In this document: piece by piece, positions 1 through 8,184 of the stretch | Numbering within the stretch: position 1 is the first letter of the stretch | Layout: every line of letters starts with the position of its first letter | Origin: Bacteroidales bacterium | Lineage (GTDB): Bacteria; Bacteroidota; Bacteroidia; Bacteroidales; VadinHA17 | Assembly (NCBI GenBank): GCA_035299385.1 | Contig: DATGWQ010000268.1 | Span: 3,279-67,278 of the forward strand | Reading direction: 5' to 3' | DNA length: 64,000 bases | Notes under the pieces: generated by a model | What the model was told of the DNA's origin: nothing | The model's input: the letters and a program-made list of their open reading frames with translations, nothing else | Database searches by the model: none | Position numbers and translations under genes: made by a program

Positions 1-47
1 ACCGACAGATCTTTCTCAGCTACCTTGCCCAGACTTCAGAATCACCC

Positions 48-1193
48 ATGATGCTGGAAATTGCATCTGCCAAAGGCGTGTTCATGTACGGACCGTCGGG
101 CGAAAAATATATTGATCTTATTTCGGGGGTGTCTGTAAGCAATACCGGACATTGCCATCCCTGTGTAGTCGATGCCGTAAAGAAACAGGCTGAAACATAT
201 TTTCACCTGATGGTGTATGGCGAGATGATCCAGAGCCCCCAGGTCAGGTATGCAGAGCAGCTTGCTCGTATTCTCCCCGACTCTCTCTCAAGCTGTTATT
301 TTGTAAATTCCGGAAGTGAGGCAGTGGAAGGAGCCATGAAGCTTGCAAAAAGATTTACAGGAAGGAGCAGGATCATCTCTTTCAAAAATTCCTATCACGG
401 GAGCACTCACGGTGCCCTGAGCATCCAGGGCAGTGAAAGATTTAAAAATGCATTCCGCCCTCTTCTTCCCGATACTTTGCAGATAGTTTTCGATGAAAAA
501 GCCCTCGGTGCAATTGATGATAAAACAGCATGTGTTGTCATTGAAACTGTTCAGGGTGAAGCAGGGGTGATCGATCCCGGAAAGGCTTTCCTTACAGAAT
601 TGCGAAATAGATGTTCGAAGCACGGCGCACTGCTTGTTATGGATGAGATTCAGACCGGCTTTGGCAGAACCGGCCTAATGTTTGCTTTCGAACGCGCCGG
701 TGTGATACCCGACATTCTTCTGCTTGCAAAATCACTTGGAGGCGGAATGCCGCTTGGTGCATTCATCTCGTCACGGGAGATCATGTCTTCGCTCGCAAAG
801 GACCCGGTACTCGGTCATATTACCACTTTCGGCGGCCATCCCGTATGCTGCGCCGCAGGCCTGGCAGCACTCGAGGTTATTATAAAGGAAAACCTTATCG
901 GAAACTGCAAACTCAGGTCAGCACAGGTGAAGAAACTTCTGCAGCATCATCTCATAAAAGAGATCAGGGGAGAAGGACTGCTCCTTGCAGTGCAGCTTTC
1001 ACATCCCGAATATGTTGCATACTGTGTGAAGCATGCTCCTGAATATGGCATTATTCTTGATTACTTTCTTTTCTGTGAGGATGCCTTCAGGATATCTCCT
1101 CCGCTGGTAATTAACGAGGATGAAATGCGTACAGGATGCAAAATGGTGTTGAAGCTTCTCGATGATGCGTCCGTCAAAGTGAACCTGAAATGA
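48..1193 (+). CDS. class-III PLP-dependent aminotransferase (acetylornithine/GABA aminotransferase family)
   Basis: 381-aa ORF with SGSEAVEGAMKLA, DEIQTGFGRTG and LAKSLGGGMP motifs typical of class-III aminotransferases. The frame stays open upstream to position 3, so the true start may lie off-window. Confidence 0.85.
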   Translation: MMLEIASAKGVFMYGPSGEKYIDLISGVSVSNTGHCHPCVVDAVKKQAETYFHLMVYGEMIQSPQVRYAEQLARILPDSLSSCYFVNSGSEAVEGAMKLAKRFTGRSRIISFKNSYHGSTHGALSIQGSERFKNAFRPLLPDTLQIVFDEKALGAIDDKTACVVIETVQGEAGVIDPGKAFLTELRNRCSKHGALLVMDEIQTGFGRTGLMFAFERAGVIPDILLLAKSLGGGMPLGAFISSREIMSSLAKDPVLGHITTFGGHPVCCAAGLAALEVIIKENLIGNCKLRSAQVKKLLQHHLIKEIRGEGLLLAVQLSHPEYVAYCVKHAPEYGIILDYFLFCEDAFRISPPLVINEDEMRTGCKMVLKLLDDASVKVNLK

Positions 1194-1999
1194 AAAACTT
1201 CACATCATATCTCCTGCTGACTTTTCTCTTTGCAGGGGTTCTGTGCGCACAGGAAAAATATCCTGTTCAGAATGATGTCATAACAGGTTTGTTTTCCAGG
1301 CTGACAGAAAGTACAAATGATCCTGAAAGACAGCAAATCAATGATTCCATAAAGCAATTTGCACGTGAATATGCCGCTTCCGAAACGGTCTTCAGCTTCA
1401 ATTACGATGCACGCTACCTCGGACAGGTAACTTCTCCCGACTCACTTGTGAAGATCATAACCTGGAACCTCCTTCTTGAATCCGGTAAAAACGAATTTTT
1501 CTGTTTTCTTGTGAAGAAAGAAACGAATACGGGGAACAGCATCTCTGAGCTAACCGGTGAATTCAGCGACAAGCCCCTGCTTTCAGATACAACTTACACA
1601 ATTTCCGATTGGTACGGGGCTCTTTATTATGATATTCATCCCTTGCCTGACGGCAAAAAGAACTGCTGGGTCGTTCTTGGGCTCGATTATGGCAGCTCTG
1701 ACATTTCAAGGAAGATAGTCGATGTAATAAGTTTTGAAGACCAAAAGCCTGTTTTTGGGAAAAAAATATTCCGGGATCCTGAGGGATTGAGGTACAGGCA
1801 TGTATTCGAGTACTCTTCACTGGGATCAATGACTCTCCGTTTTGCTTCTGACTCGACAATAGTGTTCGATCATCTCGTGCCAATATCCGCGGATAGGGGG
1901 AAAACATACCTGGGTCCTGACTTCTCTTATGATTCCTATACCTTTTCTGATGGTAAATGGATTTTTAAATTGAATGTTGATGCCAGAAATAAAGAGTAA
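1190..1999 (+). CDS. hypothetical secreted protein
   Basis: 269-aa ORF whose start overlaps the upstream stop (ATGA). N-terminal signal peptide MKNFTSYLLLTFLFAGVLCAQ. No motif I recognise. Confidence 0.6.
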   Translation: MKNFTSYLLLTFLFAGVLCAQEKYPVQNDVITGLFSRLTESTNDPERQQINDSIKQFAREYAASETVFSFNYDARYLGQVTSPDSLVKIITWNLLLESGKNEFFCFLVKKETNTGNSISELTGEFSDKPLLSDTTYTISDWYGALYYDIHPLPDGKKNCWVVLGLDYGSSDISRKIVDVISFEDQKPVFGKKIFRDPEGLRYRHVFEYSSLGSMTLRFASDSTIVFDHLVPISADRGKTYLGPDFSYDSYTFSDGKWIFKLNVDARNKE

Positions 2000-2015
2000 A
2001 TTGTAACTTGGCATT

Positions 2016-2522
2016 ATGGCAAAGGGCATAAAAACTCACTTGTTCCTGCTTGACGACTATCGTTCCTTTACAGGGGATGTCAGGAAAAAATTCAGTGATT
2101 CTTCAAGGTATGCCATTGATTCATTCCAGGCAAAAGATGAGTTCCTGAGAAAGCTCGCGTCCGAAAGGCAATCAAATGCCTGTAAAATAGCTGTACTGGG
2201 AATACATGATCCTAACGGAGCCGACCAGCTCCTTTCCGAATTAAGAAAAGCAGACGCGCATTCAGGTATAATATTCCTTTGTCCGCCTGATAAGATAGAG
2301 GATGCCCGGAAGAATGTGAATCTCAATGTTGATTGCTTCATACCGCTTAACGGCAATGCGATCCTGCGAATCCACAACACAGTTAAAAAACTGTTCAGTG
2401 AGCATTACCTGAATATCTACAGGAAAAGGAGAAACCGGTCGCTGCTTGCCCTGCTTGCTTTTATTATATTAACCGGTTTGGCCATTCTGATTGCATCCCT
2501 GAAGTTTCCTGAATATTTCTAG
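2016..2522 (+). CDS. hypothetical protein: degenerate receiver (REC)-like domain with C-terminal transmembrane anchor
   Basis: 168 aa. The LFLLDDY ... IAVLGIHDPNGADQLLSELRK ... GIIFLCP ... CFIPLNGN layout mimics a CheY-like fold but lacks the conserved Lys-Pro. The C-terminal hydrophobic helix is LLALLAFIILTGLAILIASL. Confidence 0.5.
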   Translation: MAKGIKTHLFLLDDYRSFTGDVRKKFSDSSRYAIDSFQAKDEFLRKLASERQSNACKIAVLGIHDPNGADQLLSELRKADAHSGIIFLCPPDKIEDARKNVNLNVDCFIPLNGNAILRIHNTVKKLFSEHYLNIYRKRRNRSLLALLAFIILTGLAILIASLKFPEYF

Positions 2523-2584
2523 AGTGATTTATGCGAAGAATTCATCCTGGATTCTCACTGAAATTCATTTTCGCTGGATTTTCC

Positions 2585-2626
2585 CTTTGTGTCCTTTGTG
2601 ACTAACTTTGTGTCCTTTGTGGTTAA
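2585..2626. repeat. two tandem 21-nt units CTTTGTGTCCTTTGTGRYTAA upstream of htpG
   Basis: Read directly: unit 1 is 2585-2605 and unit 2 is 2606-2626. Each unit contains the CCTTTGTG sub-repeat. Confidence 0.9.
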
Positions 2627-2724
2627 TTTGTCTGCACAATGACTATTTGTCAGTATTGTCCTGTCGGCACATATTTTGAAACACCTTGCCGGAAAATTCA
2701 TGTTTAACATAAACTAATTCAGAT

Positions 2725-4770
2725 ATGGAAACCGGAAAGATTGGCGTAACGACCGAGAACATTTTCCCTATTATCAAAAAATTCCTCTACTCGGATCATG
2801 AAATATTCCTTAGGGAGCTTATCTCAAATGCTGTCGATGCAACGCAGAAACTGAAAACGCTGGCTTCGGTCGGCGAATACAAAGGTGATCTCAGCGACAC
2901 GCGCATCAGCGTTTCGGTTGACAAGAAGAAGAAAACAATCACTGTCTCGGACCATGGAATAGGCATGACGAAAGACGAGCTGGACAAATACCTGAACCAG
3001 ATCGCTTTTTCAAGCGCTAATGATTTCCTGGAAAAGTATAAGGATCAGATCAATTCGATCATAGGCCATTTCGGGCTTGGGTTTTATTCATCTTTCATGG
3101 TATCGGATAAAGTTGAAGTCGTGACGAAATCATACCTGGAGGGATCGCAGCCTGTTAAGTGGACATGCGATGGAAGCCCCGAGTATACAATTGAAGAAAC
3201 CACAAAGGACACGGTCGGTACCGATGTGATCCTTCATATTGACAAGGAATCGAAAGATTTCCTCGAGGAAAGCAGGATAGAGCAGCTGCTTAAGAAATAC
3301 TGCAAGTTCCTGCCTGTTGAAATCGCATTCGGAAAAGAGCAGGAATGGAAAGATGGAAAGTATGTCGATACCGGCAAGGACAAGATCATAAATAATACGA
3401 AGCCTGCATGGACACTCAAACCTTCGGAGCTTAAGGAAGAGGATTACATGAATTTTTACAGGGAGCTCTATCCTTCCGGCGATGAACCACTCTTCCATAT
3501 TCATCTGAACGTCGATTACCCGTTCAAGCTTACGGGCATATTGTATTTCCCGAAAATCAAAAGCAATATTGAAATCCAGAAGAACAAGATCCAGCTTTAT
3601 TCCAACCAGGTCTTCGTAACGGATTCTGTTGAAGGCATTGTTCCCGAATTCCTTACATTGCTTCATGGAGTTATCGATTCGCCCGATATACCGCTTAATG
3701 TGTCGAGAAGCTACCTTCAGAGCGATCAGAATGTAAAGAAGATCTCAGCCCATATCACAAAGAAAGTAGCAGACAGGCTGAATGATATCTTCAAGAATAC
3801 CCGTGACGATTTCGAAAAGAAATGGGACAACCTTAAGCTGTTCATAGAATATGGAATGCTGACGGAGGAAAAATTCTATGAGAAAGCTGTTAAATTTTTC
3901 CTCCTTAAAAATACCGAAGACAAATATTTCACCTTTGAAGAATACGAAAAGCTTATAAAGGAAAACCAGACTGACAGGAACAAGACGCTCATTTATCTTT
4001 ATACTACGAACAAAACAGATCAGCACTCATATATTGAGAATGCAAGGAATAAAGGTTATGATGTGCTCAATATGGATGGCCAGCTCGATGTGCATTTTAT
4101 AAATCATCAGGAAACAAAACTGAAGGAGTCCAGGTTCGTCAGGGTAGATTCAGATGTTATCGACAAGCTGATACAGAAAGAAGATACGAAGAAATCAAAG
4201 ATGTCGACCGAAGACCAGGAGGATTTAAAGAGCGTATTCTCCGTAAAAGCCAAATCCAAAGACATATATAATGTTACAGTTGAAAACCTTGATGAAAAAG
4301 ACTCACCGGTAATCATCACACAGTCCGAATTCATGCGCAGGATGAAAGAGATGTCGTCGATGGGTGGAGGAATGAACTTTTACGGCGAGATGCCCGACAG
4401 CTACAATGTGGTGCTGAACTCGAATCATCCTCTGATAGTTAAGACAGCTGAGGATATGAAATCCAGCGAGGGTGCAAAGCTTGCTGAAAACGCCATAGAG
4501 AGGAAGAATCTGAAGGAACAGGTTGAATTTCTTGAGAAGGATCATAAGAAGAAGAAACCTGAAGAGGTCAGCCAGGCTGAAAAGGATGATGTGGAAAAAC
4601 TCCGTAAAGAGCTTGATGAAATCGAGAATGCAAGAAAGAATATCCTTGAAGCTTACGGTAGCGGGAATAAGGTAGTGAAGCAGCTTATTGACCTGGCTCT
4701 CCTTGCCAACAACATGCTCAGGGGAGAGGAGTTGAGCACATTTGTGAAGAGAAGCGTGGAGTTGCTGTAA
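2725..4770 (+). CDS. htpG: molecular chaperone HtpG (Hsp90)
   Basis: 681 aa with GHKL ATPase motifs ELISNAVDA, DHGIGMT and GHFGLGFYS. Length and charged linker are typical of bacterial Hsp90. Confidence 0.95.
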   Translation: METGKIGVTTENIFPIIKKFLYSDHEIFLRELISNAVDATQKLKTLASVGEYKGDLSDTRISVSVDKKKKTITVSDHGIGMTKDELDKYLNQIAFSSANDFLEKYKDQINSIIGHFGLGFYSSFMVSDKVEVVTKSYLEGSQPVKWTCDGSPEYTIEETTKDTVGTDVILHIDKESKDFLEESRIEQLLKKYCKFLPVEIAFGKEQEWKDGKYVDTGKDKIINNTKPAWTLKPSELKEEDYMNFYRELYPSGDEPLFHIHLNVDYPFKLTGILYFPKIKSNIEIQKNKIQLYSNQVFVTDSVEGIVPEFLTLLHGVIDSPDIPLNVSRSYLQSDQNVKKISAHITKKVADRLNDIFKNTRDDFEKKWDNLKLFIEYGMLTEEKFYEKAVKFFLLKNTEDKYFTFEEYEKLIKENQTDRNKTLIYLYTTNKTDQHSYIENARNKGYDVLNMDGQLDVHFINHQETKLKESRFVRVDSDVIDKLIQKEDTKKSKMSTEDQEDLKSVFSVKAKSKDIYNVTVENLDEKDSPVIITQSEFMRRMKEMSSMGGGMNFYGEMPDSYNVVLNSNHPLIVKTAEDMKSSEGAKLAENAIERKNLKEQVEFLEKDHKKKKPEEVSQAEKDDVEKLRKELDEIENARKNILEAYGSGNKVVKQLIDLALLANNMLRGEELSTFVKRSVELL

Positions 4771-4797
4771 CCCTTCAGCTGCACAAACTGGGTGGCT

Positions 4798-5319
4798 CTA
4801 CATGATCCTGCCGATCTCCGCCTTTACATAATCGATTGCGGCCCGTGTGGGTTCTTTCTCGAGCTCCATTATTTTTTCGAGGAGCTGCTTGCTCAGAGCC
4901 ATTCCCGGAGAGCTGGCCGGAAGCTTTTCAAATTCAGTGTTGATCAGCTTAATCATGTTGGAGCGTGCATTGCGCACAACTTCCCAGGCCTGGGGACTCA
5001 TGTAAACCTGCTGTGAAAGGTTATGCTCGAATTCACTTCGTATTGTGGACAGCAGTGCAGAATGAAGCTGGGGCGCTGTCATATCGGGCGTGCTTACCCT
5101 TACAAGCAGAGACTCGAGTGATATTCTTTCAAGGAAAAGAACGATCCTCTCATATGCCTGCAACCTGACCGGAGTTATTGTCCTTGAATTCTGAAGTATG
5201 ATCTCCTGCCGTCTCCTGTCCTGGTCGGCTTTAAGAGCGTTCCTCAGAACAAGCCATGCAGTCAGCATTACAAGCAGCGCAGGAATTGTAATTTTAAGAA
5301 TATCATAAAAGGTTTCCAT
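4798..5319 (-). CDS. hypothetical membrane-anchored protein
   Basis: One N-terminal TM helix (ITIPALLVMLTAWLVL), helical remainder. I chose the ATG at 5319 because the track start at 5340 is TTG and lies inside a perfect -7 box at 5338-5345. Confidence 0.6.
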   Translation of the reverse strand: METFYDILKITIPALLVMLTAWLVLRNALKADQDRRRQEIILQNSRTITPVRLQAYERIVLFLERISLESLLVRVSTPDMTAPQLHSALLSTIRSEFEHNLSQQVYMSPQAWEVVRNARSNMIKLINTEFEKLPASSPGMALSKQLLEKIMELEKEPTRAAIDYVKAEIGRIM

Positions 5320-5337
5320 TGTCTGATTTTTACTATA

Positions 5338-5345
5338 CAAAACTA
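5338..5345 (-). promoter_or_regulatory. -7 box TAGTTTTG (TAnnTTTG) for the 4798-5319 gene
   Basis: Perfect match on the minus strand, 19 nt upstream of the ATG at 5319. Confidence 0.45.
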
Positions 5346-5375
5346 CATTTTTTTTGATGAATTTTACTCATAACC

Positions 5376-5456
5376 CATCCCTGCCCTTTGCTCCCTGCTC
5401 CATGCTCCCTGGTCCCTGCCTCTGTGTTCCTCCGTGTTCTCCGTGTCTCCGTGTTT
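5376..5456. repeat. C/T-rich degenerate 7-9-nt repeat tract (CTCCCTG / CTCCGTGTT) followed by T10
   Basis: Sequence is ccatccctgccctttgctccctgctccatgctccctggtccctgcctctgtgttcctccgtgttctccgtgtctccgtg. It lies between two divergent -7 boxes. Confidence 0.85.
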
Positions 5457-5482
5457 TTTTTTCTTTCCTGCTTTTATCTTTT

Positions 5483-5490
5483 TACATTTG
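5483..5490 (+). promoter_or_regulatory. -7 box TACATTTG for the aspartate aminotransferase gene
   Basis: Perfect TAnnTTTG, 28 nt upstream of the ATG at 5518. Confidence 0.5.
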
Positions 5491-5517
5491 TCTTTTATCT
5501 CTTAATACCGCATCACT

Positions 5518-6711
5518 ATGGAATACCTTTCCGACAGGATCAAAACAATGGCAGTGTCCGCCACCCTTGCCATGGCCCAGAAAAGCAGGGAGCTCAAGGC
5601 TAAGGGGTTAGATGTCATCAGCCTGAGCCTTGGGGAGCCGGATTTTAACACACCGGATCACATCAAGGAGGCTGCAAAAAAAGCTATCGACGACAATTAC
5701 TCAAAATATCCTCCCGTTCCGGGTTATAACGATCTGCGTGAAGCAATTTCAGCGAAATTCAAAAAGGAGAACGGTCTTAATTATTCACCTGAGCAGATTA
5801 TCGTGTCCGGCGGTGGCAAGCATTCACTGATCAATGTCATCCTGTCGATAGTGAACCCGGGCGATGAGGTCATAATCCTCGCTCCCTACTGGGTGAGCTA
5901 TTATGACCAGATAAAGCTTGCGGATGGCATACCGGTGGTTGTGGAGGCCAAACTTGACAATGATTTTAAGGTCACACCAGCACAAATTGAAAAGGCAATC
6001 ACCGCGAAGACCAGGCTGGTCATATTCAATTCTCCCTCCAATCCCACGGGAATGGTCTATACCCGCGATGAAATGGAGGCAATCGCAAAGGTTGTTGCGA
6101 AGCATGAAGGTGTTTTTGTGATCTCGGATGAGATCTATGAGCATATCATTTTTGAAGGAAGTCATACAAGCATGGCTTCATTTGATTTTATATTCGACAG
6201 GGTTATAACAGTCAATGGCGTATCAAAGGGATATGCAATGACAGGATGGAGGATAGGGTATATCGGGGCGCCGCTTTGGATTGCTAAGGCATGCAACAAG
6301 CTCCAGGGACAGTTCACATCGGGTGTGTGCTCGATAGCCCAGCGGGCCGCACTGGCTGCCGTGACAGGCGGAAATGAGTCGCAGCAAAAAATGAGGGAAG
6401 CATTCCTGAGGCGCCGTGACCTGGTTTGTGGCCTGCTTCATGACATAAAAGGATTGAAGGTCAGGGTTCCTCAGGGCGCATTCTATGTAATGCCTGATAT
6501 AAGCTATTATCTCGGGAAATCTGATGGCAGCACAACTGTAAAGACCTCGGATGATCTGGCTTTATACCTTCTCGACAAGGCGCAGGTGGCAGTAGTCGGA
6601 GGAGATTCCTTCGGCGCTCCCGATTGTATAAGGATTTCTTACGCCACCTCGGATGAGCTGCTGGTAGAAGCTATTAAGAGAATAAAATTTGCTCTTGAGA
6701 AGTTAAAATAG
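5518..6711 (+). CDS. class-I PLP-dependent aminotransferase (aspartate aminotransferase type)
   Basis: 397 aa with GEPDF, NSPSNPTG and the PLP-lysine context SKGYAMTGWRIGY. A -7 box lies 28 nt upstream. Confidence 0.9.
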   Translation: MEYLSDRIKTMAVSATLAMAQKSRELKAKGLDVISLSLGEPDFNTPDHIKEAAKKAIDDNYSKYPPVPGYNDLREAISAKFKKENGLNYSPEQIIVSGGGKHSLINVILSIVNPGDEVIILAPYWVSYYDQIKLADGIPVVVEAKLDNDFKVTPAQIEKAITAKTRLVIFNSPSNPTGMVYTRDEMEAIAKVVAKHEGVFVISDEIYEHIIFEGSHTSMASFDFIFDRVITVNGVSKGYAMTGWRIGYIGAPLWIAKACNKLQGQFTSGVCSIAQRAALAAVTGGNESQQKMREAFLRRRDLVCGLLHDIKGLKVRVPQGAFYVMPDISYYLGKSDGSTTVKTSDDLALYLLDKAQVAVVGGDSFGAPDCIRISYATSDELLVEAIKRIKFALEKLK

Positions 6712-6714
6712 TTT

Positions 6715-6791
6715 CACAGAGGAGCACAGAGCTACACAGAGTTTTAATTTATTTCTCCGTGACCCTCTGTGTTTCTCTGTGGTTCTCTGTG
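6715..6791. terminator. long repeat-built hairpin, (CACAGAGnnn)x3 / (CTCTGTGnnn)x3, between convergent genes
   Basis: The left arm 6715-6741 is complementary to the right arm 6765-6791, with 23 of 27 positions pairing. The flanks are A/T-rich on both sides. It lies between the aminotransferase stop (6711) and the rbr stop (6803). Confidence 0.6.
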
Positions 6792-6802
6792 TAACTTAAG
6801 CT

Positions 6803-7381
6803 TTAGTAATTAGCTGCCATCAGCTCGAAATAAGCTTCCGGGTGTCCGCATGCGGGGCAGTTCTTAAGCGCCCTGGCTCCAAAATGGATGTACCCGCATT
6901 TCCTGCAATACCAGAAAACTTTCTCACCGCGCTGGAATACTTTGTCCTGCATTACATTTTCAAGCAGCTTGCGATACCTGTCCTCATGGCCCTTCTCTGC
7001 AGCTGCAATTGCTTTGAATGCAGTGGCTATCTGCGGAAATCCCTCACTCTCGGCTATCTTAGCGAATTCAGGGTAAATAAGGGTGCATTCCTCATGTTCG
7101 CCCTCGGCTGCAGCCAGGAGATTGCCTTTTGTAGAATCGGTTTTCCCCGCAGGGTATGTTGCAGTGATCTCAAGCATGCCGCCTTCCAGGAATCTGAAGA
7201 ACCTTTTTGCATGCTGCTGCTCCTGCAGTGCAGTTTCGGTGAAGATTGCGGATATCTGCTCGTACCCTTCCTCCTTTGCAACCTTGGCAGCAAATTCATA
7301 CCTGTTCTTTGCCTGTGATTCACCGGCAAAAGCTTTGAGAAGATTTTTCTCGGTCTGTGTTCCCCTGATGCTTTTTTCCAT
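6803..7381 (-). CDS. rbr: rubrerythrin
   Basis: 192 aa. Ferritin-like diiron domain (GESQAKNRY, EGEHEE) followed by a C-terminal rubredoxin-type CRKCGY...CPACGHP. Confidence 0.95.
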   Translation of the reverse strand: MEKSIRGTQTEKNLLKAFAGESQAKNRYEFAAKVAKEEGYEQISAIFTETALQEQQHAKRFFRFLEGGMLEITATYPAGKTDSTKGNLLAAAEGEHEECTLIYPEFAKIAESEGFPQIATAFKAIAAAEKGHEDRYRKLLENVMQDKVFQRGEKVFWYCRKCGYIHFGARALKNCPACGHPEAYFELMAANY

Positions 7382-7385
7382 ATCG

Positions 7386-7400
7386 GTAATTTTAAAGTAA
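7386..7400. promoter_or_regulatory. AT-rich imperfect palindrome GTAATTTTAAAGTAA in the rbr leader (candidate PerR/Fur-type operator)
   Basis: It lies 5 nt upstream of the rbr start codon and matches the perfect 7-1-7 palindrome upstream of the Fur-family gene at 11 of 15 positions. Confidence 0.3.
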
Positions 7401-7470
7401 TCTGAATGTTAACATGCGAAAATAGTGAATTTCACGCAAAGGAGCAATGATCGCAAACTCGAATTTTCTT

Positions 7471-7526
7471 TACGCTCTACGCTTTACGCTTTACGCTTTA
7501 CGCTCTACGCTCTACGCTCTACGCTA
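7471..7526. repeat. eight tandem heptamers TACGCTY
   Basis: Read directly: TACGCTC, TACGCTT x3, TACGCTC x3, TACGCTA. The array ends 3 nt from the plsY stop codon. Confidence 0.95.
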
Positions 7527-7529
7527 ATC

Positions 7530-8171
7530 TCATGCCTCACGCCTTTTTCGCAGATGGATCAGCTTCGACTCCTCTCCCCTGAAAAGCCTTTTTATGTTCT
7601 TCCTGTGGGTAAAGATTATTGCTATGGCGAGCAGTATTGAGAATATCTTGAAAACCAGTGAAGGTGCACTGAAGATAGTGAACAGGAAAACCGGAAAGGA
7701 CAAACCTGCGATCATAGAAGCAATCGATACTATTCCTGATATAAGGAATATAACCAGGAAAACTCCTATGCTTGTAAGTGTGAGCCACGGCTGCAATGCA
7801 AAGAGAACGCCGAATGCAGTCGCTACTCCCTTGCCTCCTTTAAAACCGGCAAAAACAGGTAAAATGTGCCCTGAAATTGCGATGAGGCCTGCTATGACTT
7901 TCAGATTTATCTCGACTGTACTGCCCGGATCGGCACATTTCAAAAATACCGGAAGCATAGTCGCAAAACATCCTTTTGCAAGGTCGATAAGCAGTACAGG
8001 TATGCCCGTTTTCCAGCCCAGCACCCTTATGGTGTTTGTTGCCCCGGCATTCCCGCTGCCATGCTCACGCACATCAATTTTGTGAAAGATTCTTCCTATC
8101 CAGACTGCTGAGGGTATTGAACCTGCAAGGTAGGCTCCGGCAAAGGCTAATATTACTGTTAAGATATTCAT
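7530..8171 (-). CDS. plsY: acyl-phosphate:glycerol-3-phosphate acyltransferase PlsY
   Basis: 213-aa polytopic membrane ORF with GSIPSA and HGSGNAGATN motifs. Confidence 0.9.
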   Translation of the reverse strand: MNILTVILAFAGAYLAGSIPSAVWIGRIFHKIDVREHGSGNAGATNTIRVLGWKTGIPVLLIDLAKGCFATMLPVFLKCADPGSTVEINLKVIAGLIAISGHILPVFAGFKGGKGVATAFGVLFALQPWLTLTSIGVFLVIFLISGIVSIASMIAGLSFPVFLFTIFSAPSLVFKIFSILLAIAIIFTHRKNIKRLFRGEESKLIHLRKRREA

Positions 8172-8184
8172 TTTTCAATTAAAC

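Noticed and set aside
5354-5611. 85-aa and 71-aa plus-strand ORFs (5354-5611, 5388-5603)
   Set aside because: They are translations of the pyrimidine-rich repeat tract (PCSPC/LRVLRV-type peptides). They run across a -7 promoter box into the aminotransferase gene in another frame.
7471-7526. Tandem repeat arrays (also at 12717-12937, 52344-52371 and 59768-59809) considered as CRISPR arrays
   Set aside because: The units are 7-21 nt with no unique spacers between them, and no cas genes are present. CRISPR repeats are about 24-48 nt and are separated by spacers.
7425-7640. 71-aa plus-strand ORF
   Set aside because: It is open only because the TACGCTY heptamer array has no stops on that strand (LRSTLYALRFTLYAL...). 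It overlaps the 3' end of plsY on the opposite strand.
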